A stretch of DNA of 64,000 nucleotides. It comes from a bacterium. Its GTDB lineage: Bacteria; UBA8248; JACPRG01; G963555815. Positions 19,572 to 31,142 of this stretch are shown here, one piece after another. The DNA lies in contig CBDHDG010000007.1 in NCBI GenBank assembly GCA_965261595.1, positions 352,001 through 416,000 on the forward strand. Reading direction: 5' to 3'. The notes beneath the pieces were generated by a model. It did not search any database. It saw only the letters and a list, made by a program, of their open reading frames with translations, and was not told where the DNA came from. A program made the position numbers and the translations under genes. The stretch's first letter is position 1. Every line of letters begins with the position of its first letter.

Positions 19572-21380
19572 TTATTCCTTTGAGAGAAATCCTTTATAGC
19601 CTTTCGGAATGTTATCCATAAATCGATCTTCGGTCGCGTAGACGCGCGGTTCATCACCCCGGCGCACGTAAGCCTTTTTCTCCTTGGCGTCGCGGACAAA
19701 GCGAAGGGTGGGAAGCTTCTTTCCGTCCTTGAGAGAAACGTTCACCACCAAGTCAGGTTTGGAGAAGTCCGGATTTTTATCTTTGACGATTTCGTCAAAC
19801 TCCAGGAGGTTGATCTCGTTGAGGATGAAATCCAGCTTGTCTCCGACGGCGATCTCGTCCAGGGGCTTCATCATGCGCCAGCGCCGTCCCTCCTTCAACA
19901 TCTCGACCACGCCGTCCGGATAACCGAACTCCAACTTGGCCACCTCGTTGTAGGAAAATTTCAGGGCCTTTCGCTCCTGCAAGCCCCAAACGCCTTTGGA
20001 GACCCGGTCCACGGTGTCCCGGGTCAGGAGAAAGACCGTCCCGTCATCCGTTCTGCGGGCGTACCACCGCTCCTGGTCTTCTTTGTCTTTCTGGGTGGGA
20101 TCCGAAGGGCCCTGCCGCCCGATGGTGAAACGCAGGGGCTTTTCCTTTCCCTTGATGTGGAGGGCGACCTTTCGGGTGGTCCGGTCGACGAGGGTCGCAT
20201 TGGGCTGCTTGGCGGGATCATCGAAAAATTCCGCGATCTTGGCGTACTTGATATCCCAGAGCATATCACTGATGCGACGGTCGTTCCCGGCCAGCTTGAG
20301 GCCGTCTTCCTCGACCTCCCATTCGTCTTTCTTCCCATCCTTCTGCCGGATCGTGACCTTTCCCCGCGGGCTATCCAATTCGATCCTGACCACCGCCTCC
20401 TTCTCGAACTCGATGATCCGCCGGTTTCTGGCCTCGAGCGGTTTCTTGGGGAGGTCCTCCACGCTGAAGCGCTCGAGCTGAAAGACGGGGCCCTTACCCT
20501 CTTGGCGGGCATAATAATTCTTGGATTTTTCTTCCTGATTCCCGATGACAAACACGTCGGGGTTCTTCCCCCCGGCCTCGGCCAAGGTGAGGCGGATCTT
20601 GGGCGACACCAGGCCGAACCGTTTCAGGTCGTCCGCCGTCGGGTTCTCGGTGATGAATTTCTGGGCCTTGCCGTCGAGGATGAGTCCCAAGGCGTAGTTG
20701 GCGGCCTCGATGTTTCCCCGGGCCTTGATCGGCTCGACCAGCGCCCACTTGCCCTTCTCATTCTTCTTGAGGACGAAGCGTCCGTTGTCGCGCTCGAAGG
20801 TGATTTGTGCGATCTTGTCCCGTGGACGCCGCAGAAGGGTCTTGTCCCGGACGGTATGCAGGGTCTTCTCAAAAGGGCTTCTGGCGCGGGTGGAAAGCAG
20901 ATAGACCGCCTTCGAGCCGTCCGTCGCCATGTAGACCCCTTCTCCAGAAGGGGACGTCTCGCCGAAGAGGATCTTCCCCTTCCCGCCGCCATCCAATTCA
21001 TACCGGACGGTCAGTTGAGGCGGCTTCAAGCCAAAGGCCGCGAGGTCTTTGGCGGCGTCCGTGATCACCCGGTCGCGTATCATCCCCTCCAAGCCGGAGA
21101 GGACATCCAGAACGGTGCCGTTGTCCGCCCTGAGCGCGAGCGGCTTGGTGAGCCACCACACGCCTTTCTTCTTGACCAAAGAGAATTCCGCGTCCCGCTT
21201 GTTCCGGGGCTTCGCCTGAAGCAGGTCGAGCGCCACGACCTTCTTGGGGTCGATCTTGACGACCTTGGCCTTTTCCTCCTCGGCCTTTTTTTTCTCCTCT
21301 CCGGCCTTGCTCAGCCAGAAGTAGGCGACGACCAAAACCGCCAGAACGAGCGCCAGAATCGAAGTGAGGCGGGTGTTCAA
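19572..21380 (-). CDS. DUF4340-domain membrane-anchored protein (three repeats)
   Basis: N-terminal TM helix; repeated W-x3-P...FGLxxP...IG modules; lies downstream of a GldG-like gene. Confidence 0.8.
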   Translation of the reverse strand: MNTRLTSILALVLAVLVVAYFWLSKAGEEKKKAEEEKAKVVKIDPKKVVALDLLQAKPRNKRDAEFSLVKKKGVWWLTKPLALRADNGTVLDVLSGLEGMIRDRVITDAAKDLAAFGLKPPQLTVRYELDGGGKGKILFGETSPSGEGVYMATDGSKAVYLLSTRARSPFEKTLHTVRDKTLLRRPRDKIAQITFERDNGRFVLKKNEKGKWALVEPIKARGNIEAANYALGLILDGKAQKFITENPTADDLKRFGLVSPKIRLTLAEAGGKNPDVFVIGNQEEKSKNYYARQEGKGPVFQLERFSVEDLPKKPLEARNRRIIEFEKEAVVRIELDSPRGKVTIRQKDGKKDEWEVEEDGLKLAGNDRRISDMLWDIKYAKIAEFFDDPAKQPNATLVDRTTRKVALHIKGKEKPLRFTIGRQGPSDPTQKDKEDQERWYARRTDDGTVFLLTRDTVDRVSKGVWGLQERKALKFSYNEVAKLEFGYPDGVVEMLKEGRRWRMMKPLDEIAVGDKLDFILNEINLLEFDEIVKDKNPDFSKPDLVVNVSLKDGKKLPTLRFVRDAKEKKAYVRRGDEPRVYATEDRFMDNIPKGYKGFLSKE

Positions 21381-22948
21381 TGCTTCTTCCTCCTCCGCAT
21401 GTAGACGGTGAACCCGGAGAGGAGGACCAGTCCCGGCAGAACGATCACCGGCAGGAAGAAGATGGCGCGGGACTGGGCCGCCGACATGAAGATCGGACCA
21501 CTCCCCTGGCGCGACCTGGGGCGGATGGAGATGAGGTCTTCCTGCTGGGCCAGCCAGCTCAGGCTGTTCAGGAACAGATCCCGGTTCCCTGCGGCCCCGA
21601 GGACCTGATTGCTGGCGAACCGGGAGTTGCCGAACACGATGAGCCGGGCGTTCTGGCCGAGCTCTCCTTCAGAGGGGTTCGCCTCCTTCGTTTCCACCGT
21701 GATGACGGCGGCCACCGAGATGGGGCCCTTCGAATCCTTTTTTTCGTCCAGCTCGGCCTCGCCCTTGGCCAGCGTTTCCAGGTCCGTCTCGGCCCAGCTT
21801 CCCGGACTCGTCATGGCGAGGACCTGGGCCTTGATCTTCCTCGGCGGTTTGCCCGGCTCGGCCACCCGGACCGAGCGGGCCAGGGGGAAGAAGGAGGCGG
21901 TGTTGAAGCCTTCCGTGATCTTGTGCTTGGCGTACTGGGTGATCACCGGCGTCAACTCATTCGCGCCGAACAGGCGGCTCATCCGGTCCACGATCATGTC
22001 TTCGGGCAGGGTGACGCCGAATCCCTTCAGGAAGCCTTCCAGCTTGGAATCCGTCTGTGGATCGATGAGAAACATGACACTTCCCGACCGCTTCCGGATG
22101 TAATCGTCCAGCATCTTCCGCTCGGCCTCAAGGACGGGCTTCTGGGGGCCGGCGATGATAACGACCGAGGCGTCCTTGGGGACTTCCTTGGCCCGAAGGA
22201 GAACGAGGTCCTTGACCAGGAGGTTTTCCAGCTCGATGGCCCGCTTGGCCTGGGAAAACCCTTCCTTTTTCGTGTCGCTGATGTCGGCCTCGCCGTGCCC
22301 TTTCAGGAAGTACACGGTCTTCTTGGACGTGCGGGTGACCCTGAGGATGGCGTTGGCGATCTGCTGCTCGCCGGGGATCTCCACCTTCTGGCTGTTCTCA
22401 CCCGACTCGATCATCAGGCTCCCGTAGGCCCGGACTTCGAACTTCTTCGCCAGGAGGGGGTTCTTGTCCAGGTCGATCAGCTCGTACTTCAGGCGGTCCG
22501 TCTCGTAGGTGTAAAGGTCCAGAAGGTCCCGGTATCCCTTCCGGGCGCTGTCCCGGACAAACGCGGTGACCTGAACCTTCTTGTCCCCCTTTGCCAGGCC
22601 TTTGAGAATCTGGACGGTTTGGGCGGACAGGGAGTTGAGCCGATCGCTGGTGACGTCGAACTGTTTATAGTAGTGGTAGGAGAGGGTCTCGACGAAGATG
22701 ACAATGGCGAAGGCCACGACGATCATGATCGCCATGTTCGCCCCGTACCGCGTGGAGCGGCGGCTCATCCAGGTTCGGACCACGCCCCCCGACGTGTACA
22801 AAGCGAGCAGGACCGCCGCCAGACCCACGATCAGGGGGGTCAGAAAGAGGAGACCGAGCCGTCCTTCGATCGCGCCCCCGATGATCCCGATCAGCAGGAG
22901 CAGGACGCCGGCGCCGCCGACGAGCAGTGGAATGCGTTCTTTCGTCAT
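21377..22948 (-). CDS. GldG-like ABC-transporter auxiliary component
   Basis: FDVTSDRLNSLS, VYFLKGHGE, VVIIAGP, GNRDLFLNSLSWL, C-terminal TM helix. Confidence 0.85.
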   Translation of the reverse strand: MTKERIPLLVGGAGVLLLLIGIIGGAIEGRLGLLFLTPLIVGLAAVLLALYTSGGVVRTWMSRRSTRYGANMAIMIVVAFAIVIFVETLSYHYYKQFDVTSDRLNSLSAQTVQILKGLAKGDKKVQVTAFVRDSARKGYRDLLDLYTYETDRLKYELIDLDKNPLLAKKFEVRAYGSLMIESGENSQKVEIPGEQQIANAILRVTRTSKKTVYFLKGHGEADISDTKKEGFSQAKRAIELENLLVKDLVLLRAKEVPKDASVVIIAGPQKPVLEAERKMLDDYIRKRSGSVMFLIDPQTDSKLEGFLKGFGVTLPEDMIVDRMSRLFGANELTPVITQYAKHKITEGFNTASFFPLARSVRVAEPGKPPRKIKAQVLAMTSPGSWAETDLETLAKGEAELDEKKDSKGPISVAAVITVETKEANPSEGELGQNARLIVFGNSRFASNQVLGAAGNRDLFLNSLSWLAQQEDLISIRPRSRQGSGPIFMSAAQSRAIFFLPVIVLPGLVLLSGFTVYMRRRKKH

Positions 22949-22955
22949 GGCCGCA

Positions 22956-23726
22956 TCATCCCTTCCAACGGTGCGAGGCCAATGCCTGAACGGTCAGGAA
23001 AAGGCAGAACACGCTAACGTTCAAATAGTAGATCAGGTCGCGCGTGGTGATGAGTCCCCGGGAGAAGTTGTTCACATGCTCGATGAGCGACGCATGGGAC
23101 AAAGCGGCACCCAGCTTGGGGCCCAGAATGGATGAGGCGAAGCCCAGCACCCAGAAGAACAGCAGCACCCCGAAGGCCAGGATGAACGCGACCAACTGGT
23201 TTTTCGTCACGGCCGACATCAACACCCCGACCGAGACGAACGTCAACCCCAGGAGAAAGATCCCCAGATATCCCGCCAGCACGGGCGCAAGATCCAGGGT
23301 CCCCAGAACGGCGATCAGAATAGGGTACACGGCGGTCAGGACGAGCATGACGAGGAAGACCGTCAAACAGGCCAGGTACTTGCCGAACAGGACTTCAAAG
23401 TCCCGGATGGGGTAGGTGTAAAGCAGCTCGAACGTCCCCTGCTTCTTCTCCTCCGCGAAAAGCCTCATGGTCAAGGCCGGGATGATAAACAGCAGGACGA
23501 TGGTCATGTTCCCGATGAGGGGCGAGAACACCGAGTCCGTGGCGCTCAACTGGCTCGACAAACGGGGGTTCTGAACGGCCTGTACGCTGATGCGGCCGAA
23601 AAACGCCATATTGCTGTAAAACAGCCAACCCATCAGAATCAGAAAGATGGTGAGCACCGCGTAGGCGATGGGCGATTGAAAGTAGAGCCTCAGCTCCTTC
23701 TTGTAAATGGCCCAGATATTACGCAT
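22956..23726 (-). CDS. GldF-like ABC-2 permease
   Basis: KELRLYFQSPIAY, TMRLFAEEKKQGTFELLYT, multiple TM helices. Confidence 0.88.
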   Translation of the reverse strand: MRNIWAIYKKELRLYFQSPIAYAVLTIFLILMGWLFYSNMAFFGRISVQAVQNPRLSSQLSATDSVFSPLIGNMTIVLLFIIPALTMRLFAEEKKQGTFELLYTYPIRDFEVLFGKYLACLTVFLVMLVLTAVYPILIAVLGTLDLAPVLAGYLGIFLLGLTFVSVGVLMSAVTKNQLVAFILAFGVLLFFWVLGFASSILGPKLGAALSHASLIEHVNNFSRGLITTRDLIYYLNVSVFCLFLTVQALASHRWKG

Positions 23727-23792
23727 CGGGGACGCCTTCCTTTATCCGTCGAAAAGATACCCGCCAACCGAAACCATAGACCGACTTGGGCG

Positions 23793-24740
<948 letters not shown>

Positions 24741-24794
24741 GCGTCCGCATCCTCCGCTTTCGGTTCGCTTCCACAGGGGATCGGCTCAACCGAA

Positions 24795-26426
24795 TCAAAA
24801 ACCGTGGCTGTGGCCATGGCCGCCGTGGGCGCCCCCCGCGGCTTCTTCCTCTTCGGGCCTCTCGGTGATCAGAAGCTCGGTTGTGAGGAGGATCCCCGCC
24901 AGGCTGGCCGCGTTCTGGAGCGCCGAGCGCGTCACCTTGACGGGATCGATCACCCCCGCCTTGGCCAGGTTCTCCTGCACCCCGGTGACCGCGTTGAATC
25001 CGACGGCACCCCGGGCGGCCTCGACGTCATAAAGGACAACGGCACCGTCGTACCCGCCGTTGTCCGCGATGATCCGGACCGGCTCTCCCAGGGCCTTCTT
25101 GAGCACCTGAATACCGAGCCCCTGATCTTCGGGAAGATCCAGCCCGTCCAGCGCCTTGGCCGCCCGCACCAGGGCCACCCCGCCGCCCGTGACGATGCCC
25201 TCCTCCAGCGAGGCCCGGGTCGAGTTGAGCGCGTCCTCGACGCGGCTTTTCTTCTCTTTCATCTCGATCTCGGTGGCCGCGCCCACAAGGATTTTGGCGA
25301 CGCCCCCGGTCAGCTTGGCCAACCGCTCTTGAAGCTTCTCCTTGTCGTAATCCGAGGTGGTCTCCTCAATCTGCGCGCGGATCTGGGCGATGCGCCCTTT
25401 CACGTCCTTCGCCCTCCCGGACCCCTCGATGATGAGGGTGTTTTCCTTGTCGATCCGGATGCGCTTGGCCCGGCCCATGTCCTCCAGCGGAACCGCTTCC
25501 AGCTTGATGCCGAGGTCCTCGGAGATCAGCCGCCCGCCGGTGAGAATCGCGATGTCCTCGAGCATTTCTTTCCTCCGGTCGCCGTAGCCGGGGGCCTTGA
25601 CGGCGGTGCAATTCAGCGTGCCGCGCATCTTGTTCACCACCAGGGTGGCTAGGGCCTCTCCCTCGACGTCCTCGGCGATGATCAGGAGCGGGGCCCCCGT
25701 GGCGGACACCCGTTCCAGGACGGGCAGCAGGTCGCTCACGTTGGAGATCTTCTTTTCGTGGAGCAGCAAGTAGGCGTCTTCCAGCTCGCACACCAGATTA
25801 TCGACGTCCGTCACAAAATGGGGGGAGAGGTAACCGCGGTCGAACTGCATCCCTTCAACCACCTCCAGGGACATCTCGATGCCTTTGCCCTCTTCCGTCG
25901 TGATGACCCCGTCTCGACCGACCTGATCCATGGCCTCGGTGATGATCTCCCCTATCGTCTCATCTCCATTGGCGGAAACCGTGGCCACTTCCCTGATATT
26001 TTCGGAATCCGAAACCTTTCGGCTTTGTTTCCTCAGGTTGGACACAACACATTCTACAGCGGCGTCGATGCCCCGCTTCAGATCGATGGGGTTCGCCCGG
26101 GCGGCCACGAACTTAATCCCTTCGCGGTAAATGGCCTCGGCCAGGACCGTCGCGGTGGTGGTTCCATCGCCGGTGTCATCGGCCGTTTTCTTGGCCACCT
26201 CTTTAAGCATCTGGGCGCCCATGTTCTGGAAGGGATCGGGCAGGTCGATCTCTCTGGCCACCGTGGCGCCGTCTTTGGTGACGACGGGCGAGCCCCACGA
26301 CTTGCCCAACAGCACCGTCCGCCCGACCGGACCCAGCGTCGTCCGGACCACACGGGTCAACTGGTCGATGCCCGAGAGGAGCTTCCGCCGGGCCTCATCT
26401 TCGTAAGCAAGGTCTTTGACAGCCAT
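24795..26426 (-). CDS. groEL: Chaperonin GroEL paralog with His-rich C-terminal tail
   Basis: [40 protein letters not shown]; ends [11 protein letters not shown]. Confidence 0.95.
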   Translation of the reverse strand: MAVKDLAYEDEARRKLLSGIDQLTRVVRTTLGPVGRTVLLGKSWGSPVVTKDGATVAREIDLPDPFQNMGAQMLKEVAKKTADDTGDGTTTATVLAEAIYREGIKFVAARANPIDLKRGIDAAVECVVSNLRKQSRKVSDSENIREVATVSANGDETIGEIITEAMDQVGRDGVITTEEGKGIEMSLEVVEGMQFDRGYLSPHFVTDVDNLVCELEDAYLLLHEKKISNVSDLLPVLERVSATGAPLLIIAEDVEGEALATLVVNKMRGTLNCTAVKAPGYGDRRKEMLEDIAILTGGRLISEDLGIKLEAVPLEDMGRAKRIRIDKENTLIIEGSGRAKDVKGRIAQIRAQIEETTSDYDKEKLQERLAKLTGGVAKILVGAATEIEMKEKKSRVEDALNSTRASLEEGIVTGGGVALVRAAKALDGLDLPEDQGLGIQVLKKALGEPVRIIADNGGYDGAVVLYDVEAARGAVGFNAVTGVQENLAKAGVIDPVKVTRSALQNAASLAGILLTTELLITERPEEEEAAGGAHGGHGHSHGF

Positions 26427-26522
26427 TGTGCGTCTCTCCTTGGGAAAACTTCGTTTTCCGCATTGAAATTGAAACCGATCGACCGGCGGCGCCTCCGGCG
26501 TCCCTCCAGTCAAAGCAAAACC

Positions 26523-27572
26523 TTACGCCAAAGGCGCGTCCGTCAGGCTGGGCGCCGCGCGAAACCGCTCGAGCGTCATGATCACCTTGCCCTCCCGGAA
26601 AATCGTCACGGTACCCGTTGACGCCGAGATGGTCAACGCCAGGGCCCGGGTGACGGCCGTGATGGCCGCCGCCGCCGCGTGGCGGGCACCGAGGCCGGGG
26701 GAGAGCGCATCGCCGTCATAGGCGGCGTTCAAATGGCGGCCGGCGGCCACCAGGACACCGTCTTTGCGAATTACCAGAGCCCCGTCCAGGGAAGAAAACC
26801 CCTTGACCGTATCCCGGAGTTTGGGGTCCATGATGTTGCGCTCCGACTCCGGATGGCCCAGGAAGGGGTTGATGATCATCTGCCGGGAGTACCGGAGCAC
26901 TTCCGGGTTATCCCCGATCACGAAGATGGTCCCGATGGGATGACCCTCCCGGCCTTCGTTCGCCAGCTCCAAGGCCATCGTCAGGGTGGCCTCGAACACC
27001 TTGGAATCGATCTCCTCCGTGCCGGCCAACCGGCCGTGAAGGTTCATCGTCTCGAACTCTTCGCCCACATCCAACAGAACCAGCGTGTCCGCGATCGTCC
27101 TGTTGACACGCCCCACAAGGCACAGGATACGGTCGCCCACGTTGAGCACGCCTTCAGTCAGGCCCATGACGATGGCCAACTTGACCTGGTCCATCCGGCT
27201 GAGGTTGACATCCGGCACCCGGATGACCTTCTTCGTGAACCTCCGGCAACTCTCCTCCTCCTCGTCGTTTTTCACAACCAGGATGGGCGTGGTCCCGTTC
27301 GTGAAAACCTGAAGAAGCTCGGGGTTGGACGTCAGGTTCTGGGCGTAAACAAAGACGGCTTCGATATCGAGCTGCTTGGCCAGACGGCTCGCCGCGTGAA
27401 AAAGGGGCTTCGTGGTTTCCTTGCGCGGGGATGGGGGCGCGCCCTTCTCCGTCCGACGCGACTTTCTCGATCGGACCGCGGCCTTGCGGACGCCCTTTCC
27501 GCTTCGCGCACCCTTCTCCCCCGCTTTTTTGCTTTCAGACGGATTCTTCGCCAACGCTTTGTCCTTGGGCAT
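26523..27572 (-). CDS. Diadenylate cyclase (DisA_N/DAC) domain protein, DacZ-like architecture
   Basis: ELANEGREG..IGTIFVIGD, LDGALVI, GLGARHAAAAAIT, ISASTGTV. Confidence 0.82.
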   Translation of the reverse strand: MPKDKALAKNPSESKKAGEKGARSGKGVRKAAVRSRKSRRTEKGAPPSPRKETTKPLFHAASRLAKQLDIEAVFVYAQNLTSNPELLQVFTNGTTPILVVKNDEEEESCRRFTKKVIRVPDVNLSRMDQVKLAIVMGLTEGVLNVGDRILCLVGRVNRTIADTLVLLDVGEEFETMNLHGRLAGTEEIDSKVFEATLTMALELANEGREGHPIGTIFVIGDNPEVLRYSRQMIINPFLGHPESERNIMDPKLRDTVKGFSSLDGALVIRKDGVLVAAGRHLNAAYDGDALSPGLGARHAAAAAITAVTRALALTISASTGTVTIFREGKVIMTLERFRAAPSLTDAPLA

Positions 27573-27591
27573 CTTCTTTAGATCCGCGCGC

Positions 27592-28104
27592 TCAGTCTTC
27601 CGGCCGGGTCGCCGGGAACCGGCAAAGGACCGTCATGAGGTCCCGCCGCCCCCGAGCCTCTTCCGCCGCCAGGGTCTCGAGGCGGAGGCGGAGCGGGCGC
27701 CGGCCCTCCACGTCCGCCAGCGACGCGGCCCGCACGTACCGGATCTCGAGGGCTTTCTTGGATTCCATGGTCTTCACGAGCGCGGATCGAACGTCATCCG
27801 CCCGCCCTCGTTGAGGGTGTTCCGTTTCCGGACGCTCCGGCGCGGAGGCGTCCAACGCCTCCAACACTTCCCCAAGGGTCTCGATGTGAACCTCGTCCAG
27901 GTCGGCAAGGGTCCTCACCATCCGCGCGTGCGCCTGCTTCCAACCCGGCGCCCGCGACGCCGCCAAGGCCGACAACCGCTGGGAGAGGACCTTCTCCCCA
28001 AGATACGCCGCCTTGAGCTCGGAGCAAATTTCCGCCTCGTCAGCCGGCTCCGGCGCGAGACGGGCGATGGTCTCATCTTGGAGTTCCCGAACGGTCAAAT
28101 CCAT
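27592..28104 (-). CDS. Hypothetical helical protein, possibly ferritin-like
   Basis: About 170 aa, in operon context; E and ExxH-like spacing (LGEK, DEVHIE, EEARG). Confidence 0.5.
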   Translation of the reverse strand: MDLTVRELQDETIARLAPEPADEAEICSELKAAYLGEKVLSQRLSALAASRAPGWKQAHARMVRTLADLDEVHIETLGEVLEALDASAPERPETEHPQRGRADDVRSALVKTMESKKALEIRYVRAASLADVEGRRPLRLRLETLAAEEARGRRDLMTVLCRFPATRPED

Positions 28105-28117
28105 CAGCCTGACTCTC

Positions 28118-29515
28118 TCATCCCTTGGGGACGCTCGCGTACAGGTTGCTCTTGTCGCGATGGAGGTAGAACAAATGGTCCTCATCGCCTTTGGTCTTGG
28201 CCAGGGCCGCGCTGAGGTCGCCCATCGCGGAGATCGCCTGGCCGTTGATTTCCAGGATGACGTCTCCGGACCGTATCCCTCCACGGGCAGCCGGGCTGTC
28301 GGGCTCGACGCCGGCCACCAAGAGCCCCTGGCCGGCGGGCAGACCCAGCTCCTTCGCCCGGCCGGGCGGGACAGGCCGGAGCTCCACCCCCAGCTTATGG
28401 GAGCTTGCGCCTGTTGTGGACGCCGCCCGCTCCTCGGAAAGCTTTCCCACTTTCACCGCGAGCGTCACCTCGCGTCCGCCGCGCAGGACTTTCATCTTGA
28501 CGGATTTTCCCACGGACGTATTCCCCACCCTCCGGACCAACTCGCCCGTCGTCCGGACGCGCTTCCCGTCAAACTCGATGATCACGTCGCCCCGCTTGAC
28601 CCCCGCTCTGGAGGCCGGGGAATCCTGATTTACATTGGAAACCAACGCCCCTTCGGTCTTCGAAACGCCGAAACGTTTGGCCAGTTGGGGATTCAGGTTC
28701 TGAATGCGAATCCCGAGAAAACCCCGAACGACGGAGCCGGTCTCACGAAGCTGATCGATGAGCTTCTTGGCCATATTGGCGGGGATGGCGAATCCGATGC
28801 CCGCCCCCCGGGCGCTGATGGCCGTGTTGATTCCCACGACCTCGCCCCGCGTGTTGAAGAGAGGGCCGCCGGAGTTCCCTTGGTTGATGGAGGCGTCGGT
28901 TTGAATGAAGTTGTCGTAGGGCCCCTGTCCGATGACGCGCCCCTTGGCGCTGACAATGCCGGCCGTGACCGTATGCGACAAGCCGAAGGGGTTCCCGATG
29001 GCCACCACCCAATCCCCCACGCGGAGGGCGTCGGAATCGCCGAACTCCGTGAACGGAAGCGCTTTTTTGGGCTCAATATTGAGGAGGGCCAGGTCGGTCT
29101 TTGGGTCGCGGCCGATGAGCTTGGCCTCGAACTCCTCGCCGCTTTGCAGCTTCACCTTGATTTCGGTGGCGTTCTCGATAACGTGGTTGTTCGTGACGAG
29201 GTATCCGTCCGGGCTGATGATGAAACCGGAGCCGATGGCCCGGTTGCGGAACCCGCGGGGGGGTTGATCGCCAAAGAACCGGCGGAAGAATTCCTCGAAC
29301 TGGTCGTTCCCGCGGCCGAAAGGATTCCGCATCCCAAAAGGGGCTGTCTTCCGGACAATGGTGACCTGAATGTTCACAACCGAAGGCGTGAGGCGTTCGA
29401 CCAGATCCGCAAAACTGTCGGGCCGCCTTTCCGCTCCGGCCGCGCCCCCGATCAGTAGAAAAGCCGCCAGGGTCACCGCCACGAAACTTCCGCGTTTGAC
29501 GGGTATTCTCTTCAT
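28118..29515 (-). CDS. HtrA/DegP-family periplasmic serine protease with two PDZ domains
   Basis: Signal peptide; GSGFIIS, TNNHVI, DLAL, QTDASINQGNSGGPL; two PDZ repeats (SPA..AG...GDVI). Confidence 0.93.
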   Translation of the reverse strand: MKRIPVKRGSFVAVTLAAFLLIGGAAGAERRPDSFADLVERLTPSVVNIQVTIVRKTAPFGMRNPFGRGNDQFEEFFRRFFGDQPPRGFRNRAIGSGFIISPDGYLVTNNHVIENATEIKVKLQSGEEFEAKLIGRDPKTDLALLNIEPKKALPFTEFGDSDALRVGDWVVAIGNPFGLSHTVTAGIVSAKGRVIGQGPYDNFIQTDASINQGNSGGPLFNTRGEVVGINTAISARGAGIGFAIPANMAKKLIDQLRETGSVVRGFLGIRIQNLNPQLAKRFGVSKTEGALVSNVNQDSPASRAGVKRGDVIIEFDGKRVRTTGELVRRVGNTSVGKSVKMKVLRGGREVTLAVKVGKLSEERAASTTGASSHKLGVELRPVPPGRAKELGLPAGQGLLVAGVEPDSPAARGGIRSGDVILEINGQAISAMGDLSAALAKTKGDEDHLFYLHRDKSNLYASVPKG

Positions 29516-29745
29516 CTCATGTCCATTCAACTCGGGACCGGGCATGCGAACCCGCAGGATTCCGTTTCGCTCTGGGACGGAACTCTCCCGCGGGCAACAT
29601 TTTCCCCGCCGGAAATCGATCACACCGGAAAGAATGAAATTCTTGCTTGTCGAAATGGGGGCCGACCAAACCTGCCTTTCGGCGCCCCAATCCGAAAGCA
29701 CGGTCAAATCCTCGATTCCCTCTGATTCTTAATCTGTTCGAGAGA

Positions 29746-29774
29746 AATATAGTCGATTTGACTCGGTGGGTCAA
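29746..29774 (-). promoter_or_regulatory. Sigma70-type promoter for the htrA-groEL cluster
   Basis: Minus strand TTGACC-N17-TATATT, directly adjacent to CIRCE. Confidence 0.7.
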
Positions 29775-29780
29775 GCCGAA

Positions 29781-29807
29781 TTGGCACTCTCGAATCGAGA
29801 GTGCCAA
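29781..29807. promoter_or_regulatory. CIRCE element (HrcA operator)
   Basis: TTGGCACTC-N9-GAGTGCCAA matches the TTAGCACTC-N9-GAGTGCTAA consensus with compensatory changes; upstream of a groEL-containing cluster. Confidence 0.9.
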
Positions 29808-30042
29808 AGACTTCCCGGAGACCAAACCAAATGAGATTCGGTGAAATCCGGGGGAGGGGGGATGGGGGGGAAGGGGGAACCCGCACCCGCCGATCGACAT
29901 CCGAGTAAATCGATGGGGCTGATGAGGGCGGCCCAGGTGGACGGGTTGACACGATCACGGGGCTGGGTTCTATTTTGTGTTAAATTCTCAGGTCCACTGA
30001 ATCAGAATCAGGTCGATTCACCTGATTCGGGAGGAAAGCCTT

Positions 30043-30585
30043 ATGGCGCATATCCGGCAGATCGAACACTCCGAAGCCACCGGCGAGTTGAAAACGTTCT
30101 ACGACGACCTGGCGGAAATTGCGGGCGGCGTGCCGAACGTCGTCAAGCTGGCCAGCCTGAAGCTGCCCGCCATGAAGGCCGCCCAGGATCTCTACCAGTC
30201 GGTCCTGTACCATGATTCGGGCCTGACCATGGCGCAAAAGGAGATGGTCTCCACGGTGGTCTCGGTCATCAACGGATGCGACTACTGAGTCGAGCATCAC
30301 GGAGGGTCTCTCCGTGAAGCGACGGGCGACGAGACGCTCGCCCGGCAAATCATCGAGGATTTCCGCAAGGCGGACGTGGACAGCCGGACGATGCGGATGC
30401 TGGAGTTCAGCGAGAAACTCACGAAGGATTCCCCGGCGATGTCCGAGGCGGACGTCGCGGCCCTTCGCGCGGAAGGGATGACGGACGAGGAGATCCTCGA
30501 CCTGGTCCAGCTCATCGCTTATTTCAATTACACCAACCGCGTGGCCACGGCGCTCGGGGTGGACCCGGAGGGGTCGGATCGCTGA
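30043..30585 (+). CDS. AhpD/carboxymuconolactone-decarboxylase family peroxidase-related protein with in-frame UGA (probable selenocysteine, CxxU)
   Basis: EMVSTVVSVINGCDY-UGA-VEHHG reads on in frame to ...AYFNYTNRVATALG; UGA (30286-30288) sits at the second Cys of the CxxC motif. Confidence 0.85.
30297..30317 (+). promoter_or_regulatory. Bacterial SECIS-like hairpin
   Basis: TCACGGAG-GGTCT-CTCCGTGA perfect 8-bp stem with a G-containing loop 16 nt 3' of the UGA. Confidence 0.7.
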
Positions 30586-30822
30586 CGTTCCCCCCCGGCA
30601 TGTCCGCGTGCGCGCTCATGCACGCCCGGTTTTCGATCCCGTTCCGGTGCGCCGGGAGCGGGCGCCCGAAATGGTGTTGACAGGTCCGGTAGACATGAGT
30701 CCAATTGAGTTAAACAGCAACGAGTGGCCGGTACAGGCCTGTCCGAATTTTAAATGGGAAATCCCGGAACCAGACATGTGTTTGTTGCACATCGACGCGG
30801 GGGTCACCTTGAGCTTGGATAT

Positions 30823-30940
30823 TTGCACCAAGATCGTTGTATCGATTACATCGAGTTCAATGTCGCTGACATAGCCCGACCAGAAGACTTCTATGGAAAG
30901 GCATTTGGTTGGACATTCACCGACTATGGACCGAATTCGA
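30823..30940 (+). pseudogene. VOC/glyoxalase family fragment
   Basis: HQDRCIDYIEFNVADIAR..FYGKAFGWTFTDYGP then loses similarity. Confidence 0.6.
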
Positions 30941-31142
30941 CCGCTCGCACCGAAGGGCGGAGCAGGGTTGATAGTTTCGCTCAGCCTATTTCCGGCCCAC
31001 GCTTCCGGCTGAGGTCCCAAGAAATGCTCGATGAATACCCAAGTTCCCTCGCACCCCGCGGCCAACTCCGCAGTGGTTATCCTCTGGAAGGCTGGATTTG
31101 GGATTTTGAGGTCAAGAGGGTATCTTGCAAAAGAGGGTCACG

